From: an uncultured virus (IMG/VR IMGVR_UViG_3300046499_000512) | Lineage: Duplodnaviria; Heunggongvirae; Uroviricota; Caudoviricetes | Direction: 5' to 3' (one strand) | DNA length: 63,993 nucleotides | Virus record (IMG/VR): IMGVR_UViG_3300046499_000512 | Shown: positions 1-8,316 of the stretch, in pieces | Layout of the letters: the number at the start of each line of letters is the position of its first letter | Position numbering within the stretch: the stretch's first letter is position 1 | Notes under the pieces: generated by a model | The model's input: only the letters and a program-made list of their open reading frames with translations | Told to the model about the DNA's origin: nothing | Databases searched by the model: none | Program-made: the position numbers and the translations under genes

Positions 1-810
1 CTTGCCTACGGCGGGCTGGTCTTCTCCGTCCAGGGCGGTTACCCAGGTGTGGGTGTGAGGGGCGGTCTGGGGGCGGCTGGGGTCGCGGAGGGGTTCGGGG
101 AAGCCCGGGATGATGTCGGCCCGGGTGAGGGCGTCGGGGATGTCCAGGTCGCGGTGCCACAGGACGATCACGTCAACATCCCCGTCCTTGAGGGCCCGGC
201 GGATGAGCTGGTAGGCCACGGGCGGGTGTTCGGCGTCCTCGGGGTCGTGGGCGGTGATGACGGCGTCCACGGTGTAGCCGCATTCGAGGGCGTAGAGGCG
301 TAGGCGGGTGCGGTGGTAGAGGTCGGATCCGTCCAGGTCGATCTGGGGGTGTCCGACGTAGATGACGGCGTGCAGCGGGGTGTCTGTCACGGGGAGGGTC
401 TCCTTGAGGGCGGTCTGGGTGAGGGCCTTGGCCTGGGCGGGGGTGTATCCGGCCTGGAGTGCTCCGGAGGCGAGCTGTTCGGCGCGGTCTTCTCGGAGGA
501 TCTGGGCGATGTGGTCGGCCTGGGGGCTCGGGATGGAGGCGGTGGGGCGGCTGGAGACGGCCTCGGTTACCGGCTGGTAGTACTTGCAGAAACGGTCGGC
601 ACGCAGGGCCCGGGGTGTTCCGGGGCGGCCCTTGGTGATGTCCGCCTGGGTGCGTTCGAGGTAGCGCACGATCTGGTGTGAGGGGCGGTTGTCGTAGGCG
701 GCCTCGGGGGTGATCTGTTCGATCCGGGCGGTGGCGGCGGTGCCGTCGAGGGCTTCGTACAGGGCGCCTTCGCGGAGGTCTTCGGGGCGCAGCGGGGGTG
801 TGTCGGGCAT
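1..810 (-). CDS. Hypothetical protein (3' end outside window) with a degenerate serine-recombinase/resolvase-like C-terminal segment
   Basis: ATG at 810 after RBS CAGGAG; frame open to base 1; AVIYVG...LRLYALECGYTVDAVI...LKDGDVDVIVLWHRD resembles the resolvase fold but lacks the R-x-S catalytic motif. Confidence 0.6.
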   Translation of the reverse strand, partial: MPDTPPLRPEDLREGALYEALDGTAATARIEQITPEAAYDNRPSHQIVRYLERTQADITKGRPGTPRALRADRFCKYYQPVTEAVSSRPTASIPSPQADHIAQILREDRAEQLASGALQAGYTPAQAKALTQTALKETLPVTDTPLHAVIYVGHPQIDLDGSDLYHRTRLRLYALECGYTVDAVITAHDPEDAEHPPVAYQLIRRALKDGDVDVIVLWHRDLDIPDALTRADIIPGFPEPLRDPSRPQTAPHTHTWVTALDGEDQPAVGK

Positions 811-833
811 GGTGGTGTCTCCTGGTGTGGGCG

Positions 834-859
834 GGCCCTCCAGGGTGTTCTGGAGGGCC
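834..859 (-). terminator. Hairpin terminator
   Basis: GGCCCTCCAG...CTGGAGGGCC inverted repeat after ORF 871-1149. Confidence 0.6.
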
Positions 860-870
860 CGGGGCGGGGT

Positions 871-1149
871 CTAGAGGCGGGGCAGCCAGCCCGGCACGTA
901 CGCGTGAAGGCAGTTCGGGGTGCTGATCCGGCGCTCCCACCCGGCGGCCCGGAACACGGTGTCCAGGCGTTCGAACAGGTACTGGCGGGTGACTCGGAGG
1001 TGGCCGGGGGTGGCTTCGATGATCAGGGCCTGGTGGCTGTATCGGGTGGTGTAGGCGTCTCGCATGTAGGGGGCGGTCCCGAAGGCCTCGGCCAGGAGGG
1101 CGGCTGCCTCGGTGTGCAGGCGGGTTTCGTCGGCTCCGTCGTGGCTCAT
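871..1149 (-). CDS. Hypothetical early protein, 92 aa
   Basis: RBS CAGGAG, high-GC3 codon usage, own promoter at 1181-1215. Confidence 0.75.
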   Translation of the reverse strand: MSHDGADETRLHTEAAALLAEAFGTAPYMRDAYTTRYSHQALIIEATPGHLRVTRQYLFERLDTVFRAAGWERRISTPNCLHAYVPGWLPRL

Positions 1150-1180
1150 GGGGACTCTCCTGGGTTCGGTGTGTCTGTTG

Positions 1181-1215
1181 TATCTACCCTAGCACGTGGA
1201 GTAGCGGGCGTGCAA
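1181..1215 (-). promoter_or_regulatory. Phage early promoter TTGCAC-N18-TAGGGTAGATA
   Basis: -35 at 1215-1210, -10 at 1191-1186; motif recurs about 20 times in the window. Confidence 0.8.
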
Positions 1216-1226
1216 GGCGCAGCATG

Positions 1227-1257
1227 AAGCCCCCTCCAGGGCGGGCTGGAGGGGGCT
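1227..1257 (-). terminator. Hairpin terminator
   Basis: AGCCCCTCCAG...CTGGAGGGGGCT inverted repeat between cassettes. Confidence 0.65.
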
Positions 1258-1269
1258 CGGGGCTGGGTG

Positions 1270-1515
1270 TTACTTGCAGGCGGGGTACTGCGCGCCCATG
1301 GAGCAGGACTCGTAGGTTCCGGCGGGGATGACCACGGCGTGGGTGTGTCCGGCCTTGTCGGTGACGGTGAGGGTGGCTCCCTTGGCCTGCATGACCGCTC
1401 CGCCGGTACGGCTGGTGACGGTGCCCTTGACGTTGCTGGAGTCCTCCAGGTTGCAGGCGGTGGCTCCGAGGGCGACGGTGGCGGCGATGATGGCGGCGGC
1501 TGCGGTCTTGTTCAT
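1270..1515 (-). CDS. Small lipoprotein, 81 aa
   Basis: Signal peptide with lipobox LGATAC; RBS AAGGAG. Confidence 0.8.
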   Translation of the reverse strand: MNKTAAAAIIAATVALGATACNLEDSSNVKGTVTSRTGGAVMQAKGATLTVTDKAGHTHAVVIPAGTYESCSMGAQYPACK

Positions 1516-1550
1516 CGGGATTCTCCTTGGTGGTGTTCCCTGAGCTGATG

Positions 1551-1585
1551 TATCTACCCTAGCACATGGCGTAGCACGGGAACAA
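1551..1585 (-). promoter_or_regulatory. Early promoter copy
   Basis: TTGTTC-N18-TAGGGTAGATA. Confidence 0.7.
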
Positions 1586-1590
1586 CCCCC

Positions 1591-1839
1591 TCAGAACAGG
1601 GGCAGGCGCTCTATCTGCTGCTCCGGGATCTCCGGTGCCTCGGTGTCCTCGGGAAGCTGTTCCTGGCGGTACAGGGCGTCTGTCAGGGGGACGTGGGATT
1701 CGCTCCAGCCGCAGAGCACCAGGGCGCGGCGTTCGATCTTGTGGTCGGCCAGGGAGGCGTATCCGATGCGTTTGGTGGGCAGACCGGCAACGTCTCGGGC
1801 GCAGCCGGGGCAGGTGAACCGGGGCCTCCTGAGGGCCAT
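1591..1839 (-). CDS. Hypothetical Zn-binding protein, 82 aa
   Basis: CPGC...H...C pattern, acidic tail. Confidence 0.7.
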   Translation of the reverse strand: MALRRPRFTCPGCARDVAGLPTKRIGYASLADHKIERRALVLCGWSESHVPLTDALYRQEQLPEDTEAPEIPEQQIERLPLF

Positions 1840-1908
1840 GGGGTACTCCGCTTCTGGGGGTAGCAGGAAGCCCCTGGATTTCTCCAGGGGCCTGGTGTGC
1901 TCGGTGTG

Positions 1909-2100
1909 TCAGTAGTGGCAGTTCATGCACTCCCCGTCCTCCTCCAGGTGCGTCTCGCAGGTGGGGCAGTAGTGGTTGTCGTCGGTGCAGTCGGTCGCGG
2001 TGGGGTCGCAGTACTCAAGGGTCGCGATCGAGAGCGCGTTCTCCGCCTCCTCCAGGGAGATGATCATCTCGGTGAGCTTGGTGTCGATGCGCTCGTTCAT
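1909..2100 (-). CDS. Small acidic Cys-rich protein, 63 aa
   Basis: RBS GGGAGA; CPTC...CMNC zinc ribbon. Confidence 0.75.
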   Translation of the reverse strand: MNERIDTKLTEMIISLEEAENALSIATLEYCDPTATDCTDDNHYCPTCETHLEEDGECMNCHY

Positions 2101-2131
2101 TTCGGTCTCCCTTGTGGTGTCCGGCTTGATG

Positions 2132-2166
2132 TATCTACCCTAGCATGTCGGTGTCCGGGGATGCAA
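2132..2166 (-). promoter_or_regulatory. Early promoter copy
   Basis: TTGCAT-N18-TAGGGTAGATA. Confidence 0.8.
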
Positions 2167-2356
2167 CCCCATCCGCATGACGACTTCTCACCCAGCAGCG
2201 CCCCCGGGGATCCAGGGCGAACCCGCACTCCGAGCCGTCCTCCAGCAGGGCCGTACAGCTCCCGCACCCCTCGGTCCAGTAGCCGGGCAGGTCCATGACC
2301 GCATACAGCCGGTCCGCAGCCCGCTCATGATCTTCCTCAGTCCACTCGTGGCTCAT
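2135..2356 (-). CDS. Hypothetical protein, 73 aa
   Basis: ORF with CGSC motif; plausible codon usage. Confidence 0.55.
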   Translation of the reverse strand: MSHEWTEEDHERAADRLYAVMDLPGYWTEGCGSCTALLEDGSECGFALDPRGRCWVRSRHADGVASPDTDMLG

Positions 2357-2449
2357 ACCCGCTTGGACGGAGCGGGCGGTGTGTTTGTTACAGGGCGCAG
2401 CGAAAAGCCCCCTGATCGGTGTGATCAGGGGGCTCGGTGGGGTGGGGGA

Positions 2450-2572
2450 TTAGATGGCGCCGCAGGCCTGGAGGATGATGTTGATCAGCTCGATGATCGC
2501 GAGGACCGCAAGGATGTATCCGACGGCGTTGACGGTCTTCGGGGAGTCGATGATCTTGCCGAGGTTGCTCAT
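2450..2572 (-). CDS. Small membrane peptide, 40 aa (MSNLGKIIDSPKTVNAVGYILAVLAIIELINIILQACGAI)
   Basis: RBS AAGGAG, promoter at 2605-2639, terminator at 2405-2434; below the ORF-track cutoff. Confidence 0.75.
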   Translation of the reverse strand: MSNLGKIIDSPKTVNAVGYILAVLAIIELINIILQACGAI

Positions 2573-2604
2573 TTGGGTCTCCTTCGTGGTGTCCCTTGCT
2601 GATG

Positions 2605-2639
2605 TATCTACCCTAACACACCCCGCTGCGCCCGTGCAA
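2605..2639 (-). promoter_or_regulatory. Early promoter copy
   Basis: TTGCAC-N18-TAGGGTAGATA. Confidence 0.8.
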
Positions 2640-2698
2640 CCCCCAGGGCAAAAGAAAAGACCCCCGGTCTCCCGGAGGTCTGGGCGCAGCAGGTGTGA

Positions 2699-2944
2699 TC
2701 AGTTCTGGCGGGCGGCGATGATCTTCGCGATCTCGGCGTCCTCGCGGGCGGTGCGGTCCTCATCCAGCATGATCCAGTTGAACCGGTAGTTGGTGTTCGC
2801 TGCGCCCATCCAGCAGCCCAGCTCCTCATCCCAGCTACCCCGGTCGGCGATCCTCTTGGCCTCGGCCTTGGCGGCGAACTCGGCGTCCAGCTTGGCGGTG
2901 ATCTGGGCGTCGGTGGCGAATGCGGCCTTGAGGAACTTGATCAT
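2699..2944 (-). CDS. Hypothetical early protein, 81 aa
   Basis: RBS GGGAGA; flanked by promoter and terminator. Confidence 0.75.
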   Translation of the reverse strand: MIKFLKAAFATDAQITAKLDAEFAAKAEAKRIADRGSWDEELGCWMGAANTNYRFNWIMLDEDRTAREDAEIAKIIAARQN

Positions 2945-2981
2945 TTGGGGTCTCCCTGGCTGGTGTCCCGTTGTCTTGATG

Positions 2982-3016
2982 TATCTACCCTAGCATGCGA
3001 GAGCAGCGGTGTGCAA
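2982..3016 (-). promoter_or_regulatory. Early promoter copy
   Basis: TTGCAC-N18-TAGGGTAGATA. Confidence 0.8.
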
Positions 3017-3075
3017 CAGGGCAACGAAAAAACCCCCCGGAGTTTTCCGGAGGGTCCTCGGTGTACCCGGTGCGA

Positions 3076-3321
3076 TCAGACGGTGGGGACGCGGTCCCAG
3101 CCCTTGTACTTGATGTCCAGGGTCTTGAACCCGGTGACCTCCAGGCCCGCGATGTGGCGGGTGAGGTAGGGGGTGCTGTAGCCGAAGGTACGGGCGTCCA
3201 GGCGCTGGCCGTTGCGCACGACCCACCAGTTGCGGCCGAGGAGTCCGGCGCTGCTCTCCAGGGTCCAGGTGCCCGGGGTGGAGTGGATCTGGCGGTCGTA
3301 GGCGGTGAGGTTCGTGGCCAT
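3076..3321 (-). CDS. Hypothetical early protein, 81 aa
   Basis: RBS AAGGAG; flanked by promoter and terminator (3031-3057). Confidence 0.75.
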   Translation of the reverse strand: MATNLTAYDRQIHSTPGTWTLESSAGLLGRNWWVVRNGQRLDARTFGYSTPYLTRHIAGLEVTGFKTLDIKYKGWDRVPTV

Positions 3322-3354
3322 TTCGGGTCTCCTTCGTGGTGTCCCTTGCTGATA

Positions 3355-3389
3355 TATCTACACTAGCACATGGATCGAGCGGTGTGCAA
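3355..3389 (-). promoter_or_regulatory. Early promoter copy
   Basis: TTGCAC-N18-TAGTGTAGATA. Confidence 0.8.
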
Positions 3390-3667
3390 GCAGGCGCAGC
3401 AAAAAGGCCTGACCGGATTTCTCCGATCAGGCCCTCCGCTGCTCACCGCTACAGGCGGCCGTTCCGCCACGCGAAGTACACCCGAAAAATCTCGACCATC
3501 CGGTGCCACGCCATCCCGCTCACCCCCGCTCCCCCGCCGAATCCCAAAGTATCTGCCCTAGCATACACCCGCTGTCCTGGACACAACAGAAAGCCCCGGC
3601 CGTCTGATGCACGACCGGGGCTCTCCCGCCTCACTGCTGAGTAGAAGCAGCCACACCGTAACACCCG

Positions 3668-3841
3668 CTACGCCCCGCAGTAACAGCCATACGGCGTACC
3701 GCAAGACGCCGGACTAGGACACCCGTCCCACCCGGTACACCGGCAGCCACCCGACCTCTCCGCCACCTCCAGGAGCACCGCATGGAGGGCAACCGCCCGC
3801 CAGCGCCGGTGTATCCGCTGTATCCAGCCCATCCTGATCAC
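3668..3841 (-). CDS. Small Cys-rich protein, 57 aa
   Basis: GTG start overlaps the stop of ORF 3838-4122 (GTGA); CRC...C...C...CYC tail. Confidence 0.5.
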   Translation of the reverse strand: MIRMGWIQRIHRRWRAVALHAVLLEVAERSGGCRCTGWDGCPSPASCGTPYGCYCGA

Positions 3842-4122
3842 TCCGCTTCCGACAGGCGCAGCAGGGTCTTACCGATCCCCGTAGCCACCCCGGCGAACCC
3901 GCCACGGCGGTTGTACGCCACCGGAATCGTCTGGATCTCACTGGGGACGCTGATGGACCCCCGGAACGCCTCCACGGTCGCATCAGGGCCCTCGAAGAGC
4001 CAGAGATAGGCCGTACCCACCGCATCCACTCCGATCGCGATGGTGTGCCCTCCAGGAGTGTCGTCGTCCATTCCGTGCCAGCGGATGACGCAGTCGGGGG
4101 TGTATCGAGCGGACATGATCAC
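3838..4122 (-). CDS. Hypothetical protein, about 94 aa
   Basis: Overlapping start/stop with neighbours. Confidence 0.7.
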   Translation of the reverse strand: MIMSARYTPDCVIRWHGMDDDTPGGHTIAIGVDAVGTAYLWLFEGPDATVEAFRGSISVPSEIQTIPVAYNRRGGFAGVATGIGKTLLRLSEAE

Positions 4123-4415
4123 ACCGGTCCGATCAGGTCAGTCGAGAGGACCCAGTAGTAGGCGCCTTCCTCGGTGTGCATCCCCACCATTTCGATGCTT
4201 CCCCAGTTCCGGAATTCCGTGATCGTTCCGGTGTGCTCCTGGCCGTGCCGCTTGAACCGCATCGGGGTGCGTTCCATGATCCAGCGCACCCGCTGGAGCT
4301 TGACCAGGATCCGGTGCTGCGCCGTGATCTTCTCATCGGAGACGGCGCCCTCGAACTCTCCGATGTAGTTGGATACCGCTGTCTCCAGCAGTCTCAGTTC
4401 GTTCGCCTCGAACAT
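4119..4415 (-). CDS. Hypothetical protein, 98 aa (MFEANELRLL...)
   Basis: ATG at 4415 overlaps the upstream stop (TGATG). Confidence 0.7.
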   Translation of the reverse strand: MFEANELRLLETAVSNYIGEFEGAVSDEKITAQHRILVKLQRVRWIMERTPMRFKRHGQEHTGTITEFRNWGSIEMVGMHTEEGAYYWVLSTDLIGPV

Positions 4416-4612
4416 CAGTAGACCTCCGTGATCAGGTCGACGGGGAAGGTGTAGGGGGTACCGGAGTACAGGCTGATCGCTGTGACTTGTCCTCCGCAGG
4501 CGGGCACCGTTGATTCCACTGTGCCGAGGAACTCCACTCCGCTGATCTTGAAGGCCACGCTGCGCCCGATCAGGGCTTCCAGGTTGTCCGTGTCGTACAT
4601 GATCCACTCCAA
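4415..4612 (-). CDS. Hypothetical protein, about 65 aa
   Basis: Operon-coupled ORF. Confidence 0.65.
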   Translation of the reverse strand: MEWIMYDTDNLEALIGRSVAFKISGVEFLGTVESTVPACGGQVTAISLYSGTPYTFPVDLITEVY

Positions 4613-4681
4613 TTCGGTGAACAGGTGTGCACAGATAAATGCGGGGCGCAGCAGCCGTAGCCGCTACGCCCCGGAGACCGG

Positions 4682-4930
4682 TCAGACCGCCGTGATCGAG
4701 TAGCAGACCGAGTGACGGAACCCGTCCGCCCCGTACATCCCGCCCGAGGAGATCCGCGACGCCTGCATCCGCTTGCCCTCCGCTGCGCCCAGCTCCTTCG
4801 CCCACTTGCGAGCGCCTGCACCGGCCATACGGGAGGCGAGTCCCAGCTTGGCCGCCGGACCGACCACGTGGATCCAGTAGGCGCTGTCGCCTCGGAGTTC
4901 GCGGGTGACGGTGAGGTTGGTCAGGTTCAT
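4682..4930 (-). CDS. Hypothetical early protein, 82 aa
   Basis: RBS GAGGAG; promoter motif at 4964-4978. Confidence 0.75.
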   Translation of the reverse strand: MNLTNLTVTRELRGDSAYWIHVVGPAAKLGLASRMAGAGARKWAKELGAAEGKRMQASRISSGGMYGADGFRHSVCYSITAV

Positions 4931-4987
4931 CGGGGCTCTCCTCGGTGGTGTGCCTGCTTGATGTATCTACCCTAGCACACCGGAGAG

Positions 4988-5361
4988 CAAAAAGAAACCG
5001 GCCGATGCGCCCTCATGCAACGCACCGACCGGATCCCAGAGACGATGCGACGACATGAGCCGCACCGACCCCACCCCCGCAAAAGCGGGGACAACGCCCA
5101 GACCGCTGAAAACCCGGCAAACCAGGCAATCGGGACACCCCCACAACGGTGAGGAAAGAGCCAAGATCATCTCCCCTGGAAACGACCTTGGCCCCCATCC
5201 GAGCCACCCCGCACGCGAGGTGTCAGCAGAGACGACCGTAGCAGTGCTCACGTCTTCCGTCAGCCGTTCCCGTTCTTCCACCACTCGGAAAGAGTTTTTC
5301 GCGTTACCCGCTGCCCCGCCGGGTCCACCACGAGGTATGGCCCCCGTTTCCGGAGGCCTAG
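4988..5361 (-). ncRNA. Candidate structured ncRNA, about 370 nt
   Basis: Promoter TTGATA-N18-TACCCT (5397-5368); run of hairpins whose G-U pairs form only on the minus strand; U-tailed terminator 5032-4988; no credible ORF. Confidence 0.55.
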
Positions 5362-5403
5362 TTGCATAGGGTAAATGCCCGCGTGTGCAAGTATCAAGCC
5401 CTC

Positions 5404-5802
5404 TTACGGTCGGTGAGGTGTGTAGAGGGGGTCGTGCCAGGTGACGTTGCGGAGGATGCCGCTGATGCTGTTGGCGCTGATGCCGTAGGTCTCGGCGAGG
5501 GCTTTGTAGGTGATCCGCTGGGTTCGGAGGGCGTAGTGCTCTCGGATGCGGTGGACGGTGTCCCAGTCGAGGCGGGATCGTGTGGGTGGGGTGAGTGGTT
5601 GTGTGCGGGGGCGTGGGGGTTTCTGTGGTCGTGTGGGTGGGGTGTACCAGGGGTTTTGCCAGGAGTCGCCTCGGATGATGGCGGAGATGGCGGAGCGGCC
5701 GACGTTGTGTTCGGTGGCTAGGTCGGCTGCGGTGGCGTCGGTGGTGGCGTACTGCTGTCGGATGGTGTTGACGGTGTCCCAGTCGAGTTTGGTGTTGGGC
5801 AT
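5404..5802 (-). CDS. Tandem HTH DNA-binding protein (two HNH-associated-type HTH repeats)
   Basis: Two copies of LDWDTV..IR..YA......LA..(H/Y).(V/I)....IS.I.R..(S/T)W..P.YTP; RBS AAAGGAG. Confidence 0.75.
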   Translation of the reverse strand: MPNTKLDWDTVNTIRQQYATTDATAADLATEHNVGRSAISAIIRGDSWQNPWYTPPTRPQKPPRPRTQPLTPPTRSRLDWDTVHRIREHYALRTQRITYKALAETYGISANSISGILRNVTWHDPLYTPHRP

Positions 5803-5859
5803 CTGCGGGGGTCTCCTTTCTTGCTCAGCGGTGTGCAATTGGGGGGTGTTTCAAGATCA

Positions 5860-6130
5860 TCTAGCGCTTAGCAGTGATTTCAGGAACGTGAGCCCCATCG
5901 TCTGATGGCGTCGTGAGGCTAGGTGTGAAGGGGAGTACGCGCGTAAGGCTAAAAACTACTGCTAGAGATGCTAAGACTGCTAAATACCTGATCAGAGGGG
6001 TTGTCCTTGGTGCTAATCACTGTGCTAGAGATCCTGCTAAGCGGAGAGAATCGACGGGGTGCCTCATCCCGGGTCGGATGTGACACCCCGTCAGTTTTGC
6101 TCGGTTCGGGCTGCTAGGCGCTCTTAGCAG
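5860..6130. repeat. Putative replication origin 1 (TGCTAR iterons)
   Basis: TACGCGCGTA palindrome 5936-5945; TGCTAR at 5960, 5969, 5978, 6011, 6023, 6035, 6112; central CCTGATCAGA box; abuts 3' end of helicase 1. Confidence 0.75.
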
Positions 6131-6145
6131 TCCGGTGAAGCAGTT

Positions 6146-7963
6146 TTAGCGGTACACACTGCTATCGGGGACCCGCTCTCTTAGCGCTTCGGTGATCTCC
6201 GGCGGGGCGACCCAGACGCGGCGGTTGACTCCCTGGATGTTGATCTGGACGCTCTTGGTGAAGCCCATCGCGTCGGCCTGTCCCTTGAGGGAGGAGGAGG
6301 ACTCGGTCCGCTTGTCCACGTTGTGCGCTCCCTTGAACACTTCCCAGATCAGCGGGAGGAGTCCCTCGTGGAAGAACAGCCGGGTCTCTCCGGTGCGTGC
6401 GTTCTGGTGGAAGCCGCACGGCGGGTAGTCGATCTGGACGCCCTTGAACGAGGCTCCCTGCTGGAGGTTGAGGGCGAGGACTTCCGGGATGACCTTGAGG
6501 GTGAGCTTGTTGTCGCCGTCGAAGCTGGTGGTGTTGAGTTCTCCGGCTACCCAGGTCGCGACCCGGTGGCTTGTCATGCCCTCGCCAACCCATGCTCCGC
6601 TGTCTCCGAGGAGGCAGTCCACCATGCGCGCCCCTGCGAGGAGGACGGCGTACTTGTCACCGGAGCGTCCCGTGGAAGGCCGCAGAGCGTCCACAAGCTC
6701 GCACAGCCGGTCCACGTACATCAGCACCTCGGAGATCACCGAAGCGGAGATGGCAGCCAGTCCGCCCCACTCCCGGGGATACCTCCGCTGCATCTCCTTC
6801 AAGTCACGGGACTGGGAGACGTGCTCACGGCCCTCCCGGCGGGACTTGCGGTCCACGGGTGACGGCAGCCCGATCTTGACCACACGGTCCAGGAGCGCCT
6901 TCTCCTCGTTCATCCCCAGGTACTCGCCGGTGATGTACATGGAGCCGGTGAGCTGGATCAGCCCGTTGGATCCGAACGCGCCCGTTGCCCCGGGGACCTT
7001 CTTGCCCGACGTGCCCTTCGCGGTGGACAGGCGCAGCAGCTCGAACAGCTTCTTCGGGTCGTCCAGGTCGTCGGTGTGGATGAAACCCGACCACGTGGAG
7101 GCGATGAGGTCACGGGTCACCGGGAGGGTGGTCTGGGACTCGCCCATGGTGTAGCCGGTGAGCAACTGGGCGAGCATGCCGAGCGCTCCGGTGGTCTTGC
7201 CGGTGCCGGACGGTGCCTCCACTGCGAACGCGGGGAAGTGGTCCACGTAGTCCATGAGAGCGGACTGGATGAGCCCCATGACGGACCAGGAGGCGAACAG
7301 AGCGGTAGCGGTCTCGTCGTGGAACGTGAGGACTTCCTGGAGCACTTCCCGGACCTCGGGGATGCCACGGTGGGCGAACCCGAAGGAGAACGGCAGCGGG
7401 TTCGTCCTGTCCAGCTTGCAGGCGGGCAGGTAGGGCAGGTTCGTGTCGAAGTCGATTTCTCCGGGGAGGATGACGCCCTTGGGGGTGACGAACAACTGCA
7501 ACTGGTCGTGGTAGCCGAGCTGCTGGACGATCCGGGCGGGCCTCGGGTTCTGGCTGATCAGGTACCGCATGATCCGCTGTCCGGGCTGGAAGCGGCCTTT
7601 GATCCCGACGGGGTCTCCGCAGGTGAGTTCGTGGTTTGCCAGCCACGCTTCGGTCCTGCGGCGGTCGGCGAGGACGGAGGCAGGCACGAGGTCGTCAATG
7701 GGGGCGCCGTCGGCTTTGCGGGTGAGGCGGACGTCCCAGGTGCTGGTGGTGTCGTCGCGGATGACGGCACGGGCGTGGATGCCGAAGTTGCCGTATTCCT
7801 CGGGGACCTCTACCCGCTTCTCTTTGCCTTCGTCGTCCTCGACGGTTTTCATGGCCTGGACGTGCAGGACCCCGTTTACCGAGGACAGGAATCCGGTGTC
7901 CAGTGACCCTTCGGTGAGGGTCTGGGGGTCCTGTTCGGTGTGCTGCTTGATTGTCTGACCCAT
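6146..7963 (-). CDS. Replicative helicase/initiator paralog 1 (DUF927/Cch-like P-loop NTPase)
   Basis: Walker A EAPSGTGKTT, Walker B-like IHTDDLD, ALLDR Arg finger; paralog of 53218-55038. Confidence 0.75.
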   Translation of the reverse strand: MGQTIKQHTEQDPQTLTEGSLDTGFLSSVNGVLHVQAMKTVEDDEGKEKRVEVPEEYGNFGIHARAVIRDDTTSTWDVRLTRKADGAPIDDLVPASVLADRRRTEAWLANHELTCGDPVGIKGRFQPGQRIMRYLISQNPRPARIVQQLGYHDQLQLFVTPKGVILPGEIDFDTNLPYLPACKLDRTNPLPFSFGFAHRGIPEVREVLQEVLTFHDETATALFASWSVMGLIQSALMDYVDHFPAFAVEAPSGTGKTTGALGMLAQLLTGYTMGESQTTLPVTRDLIASTWSGFIHTDDLDDPKKLFELLRLSTAKGTSGKKVPGATGAFGSNGLIQLTGSMYITGEYLGMNEEKALLDRVVKIGLPSPVDRKSRREGREHVSQSRDLKEMQRRYPREWGGLAAISASVISEVLMYVDRLCELVDALRPSTGRSGDKYAVLLAGARMVDCLLGDSGAWVGEGMTSHRVATWVAGELNTTSFDGDNKLTLKVIPEVLALNLQQGASFKGVQIDYPPCGFHQNARTGETRLFFHEGLLPLIWEVFKGAHNVDKRTESSSSLKGQADAMGFTKSVQINIQGVNRRVWVAPPEITEALRERVPDSSVYR

Positions 7964-8016
7964 CGGGGTCTCTCCACTCCCACTCGTTCCGGTTAGTTAA
8001 GGGTGGTGGGGTGGGG

Positions 8017-8199
8017 TCAGGCTGCGGTGGGTTCGGCGGTGGGTTCGGTGATGCCTTCCCGTTCCAGCATGTCCTGGAGTGCCCAGCGGATGGGGTCGGA
8101 GATGCCGCGTACGCGGTGCTTCTCGGCGACGGTTTTGAGGCCGTCGGCCATCCATCCGGGGACGCGGCAGCGGAGCGGGGTGTCCAGTTCCTGGGCCAT
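8017..8199 (-). CDS. Ribbon-helix-helix (CopG/Arc-like) regulator
   Basis: LRCRVP strand, then helices MADGLKTVAEK and ISDPIRWALQDML; directly upstream of helicase 1. Confidence 0.7.
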   Translation of the reverse strand: MAQELDTPLRCRVPGWMADGLKTVAEKHRVRGISDPIRWALQDMLEREGITEPTAEPTAA

Positions 8200-8316
8200 G
8201 GGGTTCCTTCCTTTGTGGTGTTAGGATCTTCGCACGAAGGACGATGGAATACAAGCACCCATTTCCGCAGGTCAGCGGGCCTTTTGATGGGGTGTGGGGC
8301 GCGTAGGGAGGGTGAA

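Noticed and set aside
1181..4978. Regular repeats resembling a CRISPR array or integron attC sites
   Set aside because: Spacing is 190-1400 bp with ORFs between; the repeats are promoters and leaders; no cas operon or integron integrase
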